The notes under the pieces: generated by a model
Seen by the model: only the letters and a program-made list of their open reading frames with translations
Databases searched by the model: none
Told to the model about the DNA's origin: nothing
Part shown: piece by piece, positions 24,579-37,769 of the stretch
How the letters are laid out: each line of letters begins with the position of its first letter
Numbering within the stretch: position 1 is the first letter of the stretch
Origin: Octopus sinensis
Lineage: Eukaryota
Reading direction: 5' to 3'
Assembly (NCBI RefSeq): GCF_006345805.1
Contig: NC_043011.1
Span: 59,408,464 to 59,472,463, forward strand
DNA: 64,000 bases
Position numbers and translations under genes: made by a program

Positions 24579-25308
24579 TAGGGAAGCCCGAGAATTGCAT
24601 TTTAAAAAGACATAATTATTGGATTATTGCGCACAGATAATTCGTTTGATCTGTTCTTGAAATACATGAAAACCTCATAGGGAATAACCTTCTAATGAGA
24701 GTTCTGTCACTACGCATTCCCTTATGTCTAACAATCTTAGGATGTTGTTGACATAATTTACAATTTCTTTACAAATTAAATATTTATAATTTTTTCCTCC
24801 TTCAATGGAATTTAAAGAATTATTATTTCTGTGAGTGAAAAAATCATCCAAATTAAAATTCATATATATTTTTTTTTACACAAACGAGCTATTAAATAAT
24901 TTATGGTCATTTCCACACATTTATTTGAAACTAATGTACATAATCTATTTTAAACATATTGCATGGAGTAATTATGTTATTAAAATATTGTTTTGGTTCT
25001 CAGTTAAAACTACACACACACAGACAAACACACACGCATACGCAAGTGCATGTATATATATATATATATACATGTCTGTGTGTGTGTGTATGAGTTGTGG
25101 GCGGATGTGTAGGAATGTATTATGTATATATGTATGTATGTATCTATGTATGCATGTTTGAGCTAACGTTTCGTACCTGCTTAATATACTTAATGTTACA
25201 GAGATGAAATGTAATTTTGAATGCTTCCCAAATCGTAATATTCATTTCATCTAATTTACAATGTTAATTAAGACATCATATGCGTGTGCATATATATATG
25301 TATATATG

Positions 25309-25342
<34 letters not shown>

Positions 25343-25395
25343 AATATATATATATACAAACATATATATATATATACATGTATATATGTATGTAT

Positions 25396-25809
25396 GTGGC
25401 TGTGTGGCTGTGTGGTAAGTAGCTTGCTAACCAACCACATGGTTTCGGGTTCAGTCCCATTGCGTGGCATCTTGGGCAAGTGTTTTCTGCTATAGCCCCG
25501 GGCCAACCAATGCCTTGTGAGTGGATTTGGTAGACGGAAACTGAAAGAAGCCTGTCGTATATATGTATATATATATATGTATATATATATATGTATGTAT
25601 GTGTGTGTTTGTGTGTTTGTGTTTGTCCCCCTAGCATTGCTTGACAACCGATGCTGGTGTGTTTACGTCCCCATCACTTAGCGGTTCGGCCAAAGAGACC
25701 GATAGAATAAGTACTGGGCTTACAAAGAATAAGTCCCGGGGTCGATTTGCTCGACTAAAGGCGGTGCTCCAGCATGGCCGCAGTCAAATGACTGAAACAA
25801 GTAAAAGAG
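25396..25809 (+). mobile_element. SINE family A, well preserved
   Basis: Complete structure with internal microsatellite, highly similar to 54610-55058. Confidence 0.9.
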
Positions 25810-25883
25810 TATACACATACATATGTGTGTGTGTATATGAGAGAGAGAAACTAAGAGAGGGAATGTGTTTGTGTCCATGCGTG

Positions 25884-25918
<35 letters not shown>

Positions 25919-26155
25919 TTCGTGCAGACGCATGCACATATACCACCGCCGTCATAAAGAGAAAGGGTGAGGGTAGGGGTGGGAGGGATGAAGAGAGGAA
26001 GATATTATGCTATGCAAGTTTTATTTAGGCGAGTGTCAGAGAAAGGAACAGATAAGACGTTTACGCATCAACTCTCTGCTGGAAACCATTCCACCTCACT
26101 TGTGGCGTTAACACCATTGGAAGTCATACCACCTTAAACTCTCTATTTGCTTCAG

Positions 26156-26156
<1 letters not shown>

Positions 26157-26215
<59 letters not shown>

Positions 26216-26293
26216 TGTGTGTGTGTGTATGTGTGCGTGTGTATGTGTGTTTGTATGTATGTGTATATATGTATATATACATACATATATAAC

Positions 26294-26357
<64 letters not shown>

Positions 26358-26405
26358 CATACATATATAACTATATATACATATATATATATACATATAA
26401 ACATT

Positions 26406-26450
<45 letters not shown>

Positions 26451-26509
26451 ATATATATATATATGTGTATATATATATATGTGTATATATATATATATGT
26501 GTATATATA

Positions 26510-26549
<40 letters not shown>

Positions 26550-26616
26550 TATGTATATATATATATATAACTATATACTTATATATATACGTATATACTT
26601 ATATATACACATATGC

Positions 26617-26663
<47 letters not shown>

Positions 26664-26705
26664 TATGCACGTTTGTGTGCGTATGCGTTTGTGTGTATGT
26701 ACATA
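26157..26705. repeat. Compound (TA)/(TG) microsatellite
   Basis: Direct reading. Confidence 0.95.
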
Positions 26706-27300
26706 TATATATTACCTCCCTGCACCTACACAAAAAAGAAACCTGACTACAATTGCTCTTGGAATATGAAGAATAGGAATTTTATTCTGAGATGTGGAAT
26801 GGTCTGTTATATTTTATTGCATTTCTTTCCTTCTGATATAGCTGTGTTTTCTTTTTTCCATAGTTTGTATATATATATTTGTATGTATGTATATATGTGT
26901 GTATGTATGTATGTATGTATGTATGTATGTATGTATGTATGTATGTGCATTTACCTTCTTTGAGATATTATGAAAACCTATATTTCGACCTACATTGACA
27001 GAAGATGCTCGTTTATCAGTTCCTTCGATGACAACTCCATTATTTTGGGTTATTTCTCTTCGGGTTACCAACTGTATTTTTTGACATTCCTCTTTGAGAA
27101 ATCGGTATATACGCTCTGTTGCGTGTCTACATATAGACTCTCACATGCACACACACACAGATATAAAATGTACAAATATAAACGCATATATACATACATA
27201 CACACACACACATATATATATACACACATATTTATGCATATTGTTCTACAATGTATCTGTGTGTATCCTACGTATGCTTGTATGTGTATATATTTCTCTC

Positions 27301-27345
<45 letters not shown>

Positions 27346-28487
27346 ATATATATATATATATATAGTATTTTTGTGTGTGTTTGAATATATGTAGTTTTGT
27401 TTATTTTTTTATATTACAGGCTATAAATCAAAATTCTAATTGTTTGCCTTGATTTTGTTTTCATTTTTTATTCAGAGCCTTTGAAGATAATCCCCATTAA
27501 TCCTTTCAAACTTGACAGTTCACCGTCTCCCTCGTTGGTTGATAAATGTTTTAAAATAGTAACAACTCTTGTCAGTGGTTGTTGGCGACAATCAACTTGA
27601 TAGTCGCCTGATATGTAGGACCGACATGCTTATATTTATAAGTAAATATGTATCCATGGGTTTCGATGTAATCTAACATATAGCCGAATAACTAAAACAG
27701 GTAGATCGCTTCCATTCGATGCCATGAACACTATCTAAGGCTCACACGGCGACTACTTTACCTATTTCAGTAAATCACGTCTGTCGGTCTGTCACCAAAT
27801 TAAGCTGTTATTTGAACTAAGATAATTTATCGGGCACTTAGTACTAATAAGCTACTCAATTCTATTTAAATGCAACAGAGAGAGTATTTTGTTTATCTGC
27901 GTATTATGTACTTTGTGTATTAAGCATGAATGGACACAATCACGGATCGATGGTTAGACATTCTTTCTTACAGCAACGCAATTTCCAGGTTTGGCAAGCC
28001 TCAGTTTGGCCAATGCCTTGCAACGTGAATATCCTAGATAGAAATATGCAGAAATCCGTCTGGCATGTTTAGACGTGAGATGTTACGGGCGTATCTAAAT
28101 TTCTGTGAATGCTATAAACATCGATGAGAATTCAAACCAAAAAATTTTTCGAACATATATACCTGCTCAGTTATTTGAATTGCACATTCACTCAACTTCA
28201 AATAGCCATCACACGAAAATAAGCTTGACCTTCACAAATATCTCCGAAGAGGTATTGTCTCCTACCAGGTTGATATTTATGACCAAATGGAAAATGTTTC
28301 ATTCTGCATGTGTTGGCTGGTGTTATGCATTGGCTCATACATATACATACATATATACATACATACATACATACATACATGCATGCATGCATGCATACGT
28401 ACATTCGTATATCTATATCTTTTATTTGCTTCAGTCATTTGACTACGACCATGGTGGGGCACACACATATGCACAAATATATATATA

Positions 28488-28895
28488 TAAATGGAGTTAA
28501 ACGCAGGTGTTATTCAAATTATTTTACTTCCGACACATGTTTCGAAGATATCACTGTATTATTCCAAAGGAATAAAATGATGTAAAAACAATGTAATCTT
28601 CTCTTCAGGGAAATGAAGAAATGAAACTCATCAATAAGACACTTAAACAGAAAATGATGGATATGTATTGCGATTAACTGAAACAAACTTAATAGCCTTC
28701 AGTTAATCACAATACATATCTATCATTTTCTGTTAAAGTGTTTTATTGACAAGTTTCATTTCTTTATTTCCCTGAAGAGAAGAATACATTGTTTTTACAT
28801 CATTTAATTCCTTTGGAATAACACTAGTAACATCTTCAAAACATGTCTCGGAAGTAAGAGACAATTTGAATAACACCTGCGTTTAACTCCATTTA
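28488..28895. repeat. ~408-bp inverted repeat (arms ~195 bp, 15-nt loop); fold-back or MITE-like
   Basis: Arm 28488-28682 is the reverse complement of 28698-28895, roughly 90% by eye. Loop is ACAAACTTAATAGCC. Confidence 0.95.
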
Positions 28896-29105
28896 TTTAT
28901 TTATATATATGATACAAAATATTTCAGGTAAACCCGAAGTTTCTACCTTTAAAAACCAGGAGTTACAACCTTTGTACTTGTGTGACATTTTTTTTACTAC
29001 TCGGCTAATTATTCATATATTCTTTCCGTGCTAACTTTTAACAAGAGAAACACACACACACACACACGCACACACACCACACACACACACCACACACACA
29101 CACAC

Positions 29106-29158
<53 letters not shown>

Positions 29159-29199
29159 AATACCCGAGTAAGCACATACATGTGGAACAAGGTGCGAAT

Positions 29200-29432
29200 A
29201 ATAGTACTCGAATACCGGAGGTAGAGTTATAGGCTTAATTAATAAACATGCAAAGACTTCACAAAAATAACACAAAAGCTGCTACTCATAACTTCACGTT
29301 CCGGATCATGGAGGAGTTGTACTCAAGAATGGATCACATTCTTGGTCACGACTGACCAATGAACGGGAGCACGAAGCTCTGAGTAGCATTTTTTTGTTAT
29401 TTTTGTGGAGTTTTTGCAGCTTTCATAATGAA

Positions 29433-29436
<4 letters not shown>
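29200..29436. mobile_element. Inverted pair of Penelope-like terminal fragments
   Basis: 29229-29295 is the approximate reverse complement of 29373-29436. A third copy (AGTACTCGAATACCGGAGGTAGAG...) is at 31283-31360. Confidence 0.45.
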
Positions 29437-30142
<706 letters not shown>

Positions 30143-30335
30143 ATATTAAATTAGAGATAAAACCAGTATTAGGCAAATCAAGCAGTGAAAATCATAAGCC
30201 AATACATAGAAAAGAATTAATTAAAAAATATGAAATATAAATATAAAAAATCTAAAATCTAAAATTCCAAATTAAAATATTTAAATTTAAGTTAAAATTT
30301 TAAAAATTATTTAAATAATTTAAACTTATAAATTT

Positions 30336-30368
<33 letters not shown>

Positions 30369-30893
30369 TGAGAGAGAGAGGGAGAAAGAAATTTCAAAAC
30401 TTTCGATTTGTAGGGATATAGAATCCACGAGTGTTCTGTAGTCGCTATTACCGGTTTTTAAAGCTTATTAACCTCATGGAGTGTATAAAAAAACTCCAGT
30501 TAGTTTGGTTTATTAGCCTCAGTCTATCTTCGCATCGGTGAATCCATACGTCAGTAAAGAGAGTGCATGTTTTCGGTAGAGAAAATAATGAATTAATAAT
30601 AAAGAAGAACAGAGATTTATATCCAGGTTTATCCAGCAGATAATTATTCCTTTCCATTTCTGCATCTACATTTGTTTCTGTAGTAATTAATACACACTGC
30701 AAAAATTTACATCTTTATGTGCCTTTGTTGATAATTGCCGCGTCTTCAGGATGCAGTCAACTGCACCCAAAGATGCATATTTTGCAGTGTGCATCAAGTG
30801 CTGTAGAAACATCAGGTGCAGAAATAAAAAAGACGTAATTAACTGGTGAATAAAACTGGATGTAAATCTCTGTTCTCCTTTATCATAACTTCA

Positions 30894-30956
<63 letters not shown>

Positions 30957-31060
30957 TCTGTGTGTCTGTGTGTGTGTGCGCGCGCGTGCGTGTGTGTGTG
31001 CGCGCGCGTGCGTGTGTGTGTGCGCGCGCGTGCGTGTGTGTGTGTGTTTATGTATATATA

Positions 31061-31222
31061 CGACGGGCTTCTCTCAGTGTCCGTCTACAAAATACACTCG
31101 CAAGACTGTAGTTGACCCCAGGCAGCAGTGGGAGACTAGCCCATGGTGCTACCTACTGGGATTGAACCATGAACCATGTGGTTTGGAAGTAAACCTCTTA
31201 CTGCTTAGTGATGCCTCCGCCT
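31061..31222 (-). mobile_element. SINE family A 5' half, diverged
   Basis: CGACGGGCTTCT.TCAGT.TCCGTCTAC.AAAT.CACTC.CAAG...GGATTGAACC...AACCATGTGGTT is the reverse complement of the family A head. Confidence 0.65.
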
Positions 31223-31638
31223 AAATATATTTGTATTTACACCAGAATAAGCAGAAAAATGTGAAACAATGTGGGAAAAATTAGTACTCGAATACCGGAG
31301 GTAGAGTCATATGCTTCATTGTTAAAGCTGCAAAAACAACACAAATATGTCACAAAAAACTGCAGTTATTTGTGATATTTTTGTGATGTATTTGTATGTA
31401 TGCATGTGTATATGTATTTATGTAGGCAGGTAGGCAGGTAGGTAGGTAAGTAGGTAGGTAAATAGATAGATAAATAGATAGGGAGAGTTTACGAAAAAGA
31501 AACAAAAGACGAAGACAGGTGGTGTAAAAAACAAACAGATGTATTAGTATAACGCTCAGGAATAGAAAAAGTCTTTTGCGTTTCGAGTCTACGCTCTTCT
31601 ACAGAAAGGGAAACAGAAATAAACAAGGAGAGAAAAAT

Positions 31639-31660
31639 AGATAGATAGATAGATAGATAA

Positions 31661-31753
<93 letters not shown>

Positions 31754-31790
31754 GATAGATAGATAGATAGATAGACAGACAAATAGATAG
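31639..31790. repeat. (ATAG)n/(ACAG)n tetranucleotide microsatellite
   Basis: Direct reading. Confidence 0.97.
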
Positions 31791-32613
31791 TTAGATATTG
31801 ACATATAAACGTACATATATGTACATATAGCTGCATACATATATATTTGTATTTATATGTGAGTGCGTGTATATGTGTCTGTCTGTGCGCGCGCGTGCAG
31901 GTGTGTGTGTTTGTATATATTTTCTGGATTCTGTTTAATTAAGATTCATTAGTACAAAAAAAAAACAAAAAAAAAATACTTGCACCAAGTCTGTTTCGGT
32001 TTCACTTTTACGAGGTTTTACGATAACGAGATAAAATAATAAAGACAACGACAAACCGATGTTTTGCTTATTGATCAAGAGTAATGGTGATACAGGCTCT
32101 GGAACAAACAGGAACGAATCAAAGAAAAAAATATAAATGCTGAGCTTAGGTGAACTATATTTAATTGAGTCTCTTTATCTGACACGCTCACAAATATTTA
32201 GTCTTCGATAATTAACGATATTGAAGAAATATATTAAGTGTAGAGACTCACATTATCTTGATTAACTGGCACTAACACCTAATACAGACGAAAAGCTGGT
32301 TTTTATTTCTGTCTGTCATCAATTATATTCCTGATATCTTCATCAGTCAACGGCTCGAGTACTGATGCGCTACTTCCGTAACTTCTGTCTCGTACGTTTG
32401 ACATATCTATATATCTATAACTCTTAATATAATCTGTCCAACAATTGCAACCTCATATACCGTTCTGTTAAATCTCTAATTATCATTTAAAAAACAGTTC
32501 TTTAAACTCGAGATTAGCGACAAACGAATTATTAATACAGAATAGCATTCTGTATGTCTTACTTAACGTGGGTATACTTTCGAAAGCCGCAATACTTCAG
32601 TAATCGTCTAGCG

Positions 32614-32800
32614 CAGTGTTTTTCCATCTTTTTAATATCTGGGTCAAACCCTAAACCTCGATTTTTTAGAGGGCTGCACTAGAAAAAAAAAGTAAAATAG
32701 AGGTGAAGTAATGAAAAAAATTAAGATATTAATATAAGGGCCGCCGGAAGGGTGCTTGAGGGCCGCACGGGTGCTGGGAACCGCGTTTGATATGTGTCTC
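32614..32800. mobile_element. Possible hAT/Charlie-like MITE relic
   Basis: Starts CAGTGTTTTTCCA and ends in a GC-rich GGGCCGC...GGGCCGC...CCGCGTTTGA block typical of hAT MITE ends. No clear target duplication. Confidence 0.3.
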
Positions 32801-33996
32801 GAAACTGTCACGGCGAGGGGGCAATTGCTAAATCATAATTTCTGTATTTTTGCACGTCATCCACAACAAGTATTCACTATCAACCTCTTAGCAAATTTCG
32901 CTTCTACCAATATAGAAAACAAATAGCAACTAAGGAATCACTGGTGGCTCAAATAGATCGTGGGCCGTGTAAAAATTCGTTACTAACGATAGAGACAGTA
33001 TTGGTTCAGAAAAGCATTTAGTATACCGTTATATTTAACTATTTTAAACTTTGAATACATGTAAACCCGTAAAATGAGAGGTAGGTCCCGAAATGGTGTG
33101 CATTCTCTCCTGGTAATACAATAAAGGTTGCTAGCATTCAGTGTGCGGAGCTTACAACTGGTAGCTTGTTCCATTGTGAAAAGTCAATGGTTTTGCATGA
33201 AATCAATAGTATGCATTGAATCAGGATTCTCCTCTCTCACATCTATGATGTTAATCTTATCTGTGATGTCCTCTCTCTTATCTATGATGTTGGTCTTGTT
33301 CATGATTGCCCACTATCTTATCCATGATCTTACTATAGTGTCTATGAAATCAATACCGTTGTATCTTTTCTTCTAAATAAGTGTAAGCCACTTGAGAGTG
33401 AAAACAGGGTTTTTAAAGTGAACCAGGATTACTTCAAAGTGTGAATTGCAATTTCAAAGAAAGCAAATTTAATTTGCACATTTTTTTTTCTTATATTAAG
33501 ACAGTAAAATGATAAACATGAAGCAAAGATAGCTGATACAATGTAAAAGTGGACAATACGCTGCGCTACTAATTGTAAAACGAAAGAAGTAACAAACCAA
33601 TCCATCACCCTGAGAAACGATAAAATTTTTCATGAGATTAGAATTGACAGAAACAAAAAACCCAGCTTGGAAGCCATTGGTACATTTTAAAACCCCAAGG
33701 GATGCTTTCATTGTTGATATTATAAATGTTGTAAGGGGGTTTAATGTTATATCGTTTATCGAATAAATCTCTTTGTGTTAATCTCACTTTCAAGCCACTC
33801 TTCGCACTTCGAAGTGGCACAATTTTTCATTCGGAAATCATTAATCTCTATCCCTCCGCTATTCTCTCTCTCTCTCTCCTCACTCAGAGGAGGAAGGGGA
33901 GGAGGGGGCCGAGCTCTCATTTTGAAGTGAGATATCCTCAAATACATTTAGAAACAATGTAGTGACTACTTCTTTTCCTGAATCTCTAAAGATCGT

Positions 33997-34130
33997 GATG
34001 ACGCGTAGCCCAGTGGTTAGGGTGTTTGCGCACAGAATCGTAATTTCGGTCCTCAAAGGAGGAAGTGGTGCGTTGTGTTTATGAACAAGAGACTACATTT
34101 AACGTTGTTCCTGTCCACTTATCTCTAAAT
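33997..34130 (+). mobile_element. Diverged family C-like SINE
   Basis: GTAGCCCAGTGGTTAGGG (box A) and GCGTTGTGTTTATGAACAAGA.ACT (CORE-like). Confidence 0.45.
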
Positions 34131-35091
34131 AAGTAAATTTGGGAGAGACTGATCTCTCCGTTCATGGAGAATGTTTTGAAGTAGGTTACTCGTACGCAAT
34201 GGAAACAGAAGAAGAGGGCCTAGGATTTCTGTGGATAAAAATAATAAGTTCAACATTTAGATATTCAAAGAAACAAAACTAGATACATTTCAACATTTAG
34301 ATGGACGTTCTAAGACTCGCTATCACGCTATCCCCCAAGAACATGTAGTATGAACAGTCTGAATTTTTTTTCTGGCGCCCGATAATCCTGCAGGAAAAAA
34401 TATATTATTTGTTCTGTTATTATTAGTGATAAAATGCATATAATTTATCACACTCATGAGAAAACATACGTTTCAATAGCTTTATTATGATGCATTTATA
34501 TGGGAAGAAATAAATATGTCCATTTATTTAGGTTGGAATATACAAGAATATCGAACTATTTGTTGTATTCATAATTTAGATGTTCCGTGCAAAACTTAAT
34601 GGATCTAACTTTATTGTAACTTTAATAGAAGAAGGAAAATTTGAATAACCACAACAAAAGTGAATGAAGCAAAAATACAATGCAAGAGTTTTAATGATAA
34701 ATAAAGTTTGTATTTCATACACGTTTCCCCTGACGTCTATACTAAATTACTTACGGTCAATATATTTTAGCAACGAGAGTAACAAAAGTAGCTGTTGAAT
34801 GCAAATGTAAACTAAGGAACGATCAAAATAAAATATATATAAAAATGGCATTCGTCTTGTTGTTGGGGTATCAGACATAACAGTTGTGTAACTGTAAACA
34901 GGAGATGAAAGTTTAAAACGTAATTTTCAAAATTATATTCTTCGTATGAATAATTAATTCGCTTCCTTCCGTTGGTGAATTGATACTCGCATTATATATT
35001 TCTATTGTATGGATGAGAAAGTTTAATGATTCCAGCCGCAAACAAACATCAGGAGTGAGACGAAATGAGGTTTTCGGTTAAGAAATGAGAA

Positions 35092-35476
35092 TGGAAGCAC
35101 TCCGTCGGTTAAGACGATGAGGGTTCCGGTTGATCCGAATCAACGGAACAGCCTGCTCGTGAAATTAACGTGTAAGTGGCTGAGCACTCCACAGACACGT
35201 GTACCCTTAACGTAGTTCTCGGGGATATTCAGCGTGACACAGAGTGTGACAAGGCCGGCTCTTTGAAATACAGATACAACAGAAACAGGAAGTAAGAGTG
35301 AGAGAAAGTTGTGGTGAAAGAGTACAGCAGGGATCGCCACCATCCCCTGCCGGAGCCTCGTGGAGCTTTCGGTGTTTTCGCTCAATAAAAACTCACAACG
35401 CCCGGTCTGAGAATCGAAACCGCGATCCTATGACCACGAGTCCGCTGCCCTAACCACTGGGCCATTGCGCCTCCAC
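35092..35476 (-). mobile_element. SINE family B, full length, 12-bp target duplication CGGTTAAGAAAT
   Basis: Full match to the reverse complement of 35932-36310. Duplication at 35075-86 and 35476-87. Confidence 0.92.
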
Positions 35477-35532
35477 GGTTAAGAAATATATACCTCAACT
35501 ACCAAAAGCAGCAGCAGCAGCAGTAGTAGTAA

Positions 35533-35646
35533 TCGCTTCAAATTTTCACACAGACATCAATTTCGGGGAAGGGGGTAGGTCGATTAGATTGATCTCACTT
35601 CTAAACTGGTATTTTCTTTATCGACCCCGAAAGGATGAAAGGCGAA
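35533..35646 (-). mobile_element. SINE family D 3' fragment, tail type 2
   Basis: TTTATCGACCCCGAAAGGATGAAAGGC with a GGGGAAGGGGG tail. Confidence 0.65.
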
Positions 35647-35653
35647 TTTCTTA

Positions 35654-36805
35654 TTGACACCGGGCAGCCCGCACTTCACGTATGTCATTCGTCCATTTAT
35701 CATTACCATTCTTTTCATTCGATTTTATTTCTTCCCCACTTTTGAGTTTTGTCTGTCCTTGTGCTCTTCGCTCTGTGTTAATAAAAATTCAAGTCATTAG
35801 GTGTGTCTATGTATGTGTAGATGTGTGTGTGTGTTGACACTGGCCAGCCCGCACTTGACGCATGTCAGTCGTCACATATGTATATGTATGTGTAGATGTG
35901 TGTGTGTGTGTTTAATAACGTACCGTATACAGTGGAGGTGCAATGGTCCAGTGGTTAGGGCAGCGGACTCGCGGTCATAGAATCGCGGTTTCGATTCCCA
36001 GACCGGGCGTTGTGAGTGTTTATTGAGCGAAAACACCTAAAGCTCCACGAGGCTCCGGCAGGGGATGGTGGTGATCCCTGCTGTAATCTTTCACCACAAC
36101 TTTCTCTTACTTCCTGTTTCTGTTGTACCTGTATTTCAAAGGGCCGGCCTTGTCACTCTCTGTGTCACGCTGAATATCCCCGAGAACTACGTTAAGGGTA
36201 CACATATCTGTGGAGTGCTCCGCCACTTACATGTTAATTTCACGAGCAGACTGTTCCGTTGATTCGGATCAACCGGAACCCTCGTCGTCGTAACCGACGG
36301 AGTGCTTCCAGATGTGTGTGTGTGTGTGTGTTTAATAACGTACCGTATACAGTGTGTCTGTATTCTTGTATGCAGTGTACATTAACGAAATAGAAACACG
36401 TGTATGGAACTGATCATTTACAGGTAAATGGCACAATAATTATTAAAAAGAAACAAGGAATTTTATATTTTACCTTGCAACCTTGCAACTACGGCGATAA
36501 TTACGGTAAATGTGTATTGTTTTTAAAAAAATGAAAATAAAATGTGTGTGTGTGTTGACACTGGCCACCCCGCACTTTATGCACGTCAGTCATCAGGTAT
36601 GTATGTGTAGGTGTGTGTGTGTGTTTAATAACGTATCATATACAGTATGTCTGTATTTTTGTATGCAGTATAAATTAATCCCTGAAAATTACATGTTGGC
36701 ACTTCTGAGGTCTGATAGTACGACCATGTAAAATTTCATTTGATTTGGTTGAGCCGTTTGAGAATGCATTGGGGACAGACAGGAATACAAAGGATTTTAT
36801 ATATA
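35654..36805 (+). mobile_element. Putative non-autonomous Helitron-like (Lep1/HINE-type) element with reiterated 5' module, interrupted by a SINE
   Basis: Three copies of TTGACAC.GG.CA.CCCGCACTT (35654, 35834, 36555). The 3' end AAATTTCATTTGATTTGGTTGAGCCGTTT...GGGACAGACAG...TTTTATATATAT resembles Lep1/DINE-1-type ends. Confidence 0.45.
35932..36310 (+). mobile_element. SINE family B, full length, with a long flanking direct repeat
   Basis: Box A/B head and GACGGAGTGCTTCCA end. Flanks 35894-35934 and 36310-36354 are direct repeats. Confidence 0.92.
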
Positions 36806-36844
36806 TTATTATTATTATTGTTGTTGTTGTTGTTATCTTGAAAG

Positions 36845-36978
36845 ATAGTTCTTAATTTCCGGTTATAATTTACTTGAAAGCAAGCAATAACCAATCACCA
36901 ACGGTTTCAAGTAGTACCTTCTCCTGTGACTCAAAGAGACAATACTCTCCTTAGAATGTGAGCTGTACCCAACAATGC

Positions 36979-36979
<1 letters not shown>
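36845..36979 (-). mobile_element. R4/Dong-like non-LTR 3' end fragment 1
   Basis: Reverse complement encodes ALLGTAHILRRVLSL* plus a 3' UTR, between (ATT/GTT)n tracts. Confidence 0.7.
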
Positions 36980-37024
<45 letters not shown>

Positions 37025-37029
37025 GATTT

Positions 37030-37610
37030 GATTCAGGTTTGTTCTTATTCCTAGTAGAATATACACAGGTAGCGTGTTGCTACTTGTAAACTTAAGTATT
37101 CACAATCTTCCAATTGTCTTCCAAGTGATTAAGATCCTCTTGATAATATTTCCTGTCCCTAACAGGCAAACGTTCTGTAGAACCCCTAGAGGGCATTCCA
37201 TTCCAGTCTCCTTCAACCGTTTGTCTGTATCTTTGATTACAGTTCCCAACGCACTAATTACAATTTTCACATTCCAAATCATTGCAATTACAAACTTTAA
37301 GGGATTGTAATATTTTTTTTTGTCTTCTTTCTTTACGATCCTGAAATCAAGTGGATATGTCGGATCAATTAGGGGACGGCTTCTCTATTTCGTGTCTATT
37401 ATTCTTGTGTCTGGCCTGTCATTTTCTAGTTTCTTGTCTGTTTGAAAAGGAAAGTCCCACAGAATCTTACAATTCTTCGACTCCATCAATCTTTGGCCCT
37501 GACTTTCATATCATTTGATTCCAGCTTTGAATCCCCATTTCTGACCAAAGCTTCCACTGTAAAGCTTTTATCACGTGGTCATGCCTCCATTTTTTTATAT
37601 TTTTCCTGTC
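37030..37610 (-). mobile_element. R4/Dong-like restriction-like endonuclease (RLE) fragment 2
   Basis: RHDHV.K.LQWKL, ILWDFPFQTDKKLENDRPD, ISALGTV...LQNVCLLGTGNIIKRIL. Stops are present. Confidence 0.8.
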
Positions 37611-37769
37611 TATTTTTGTTTTGTATTTTGTCGTCTCTTTGTGTTATTGCTGTTATTATTTACGTTTAATCTGCATATTTGTTACAATCACTCAGCGAGA
37701 CACACCAAGCGTCCTAGAGTGAGTGAAGGATAATAGATGTTACAGTAGGGCTTAAAGTTTATGGAGGGC

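Noticed and set aside
25965-25987. G-quadruplex-capable GGGTGAGGGTAGGGGTGGGAGGG
   Set aside because: A real motif, but it is isolated in purine-rich simple sequence with no functional context.
26970-27030. Minus-strand CTGATAA...GGTCGAAATAT resembling a hammerhead
   Set aside because: The core G8 is mutated, helix II does not close and helix I is unclear. Too degenerate to support.
28207-28320. Possible small exon (PSHENKLDLHKYLRRG...) after AAATAG
   Set aside because: Poor polypyrimidine tract, ambiguous donor and no recognisable protein.
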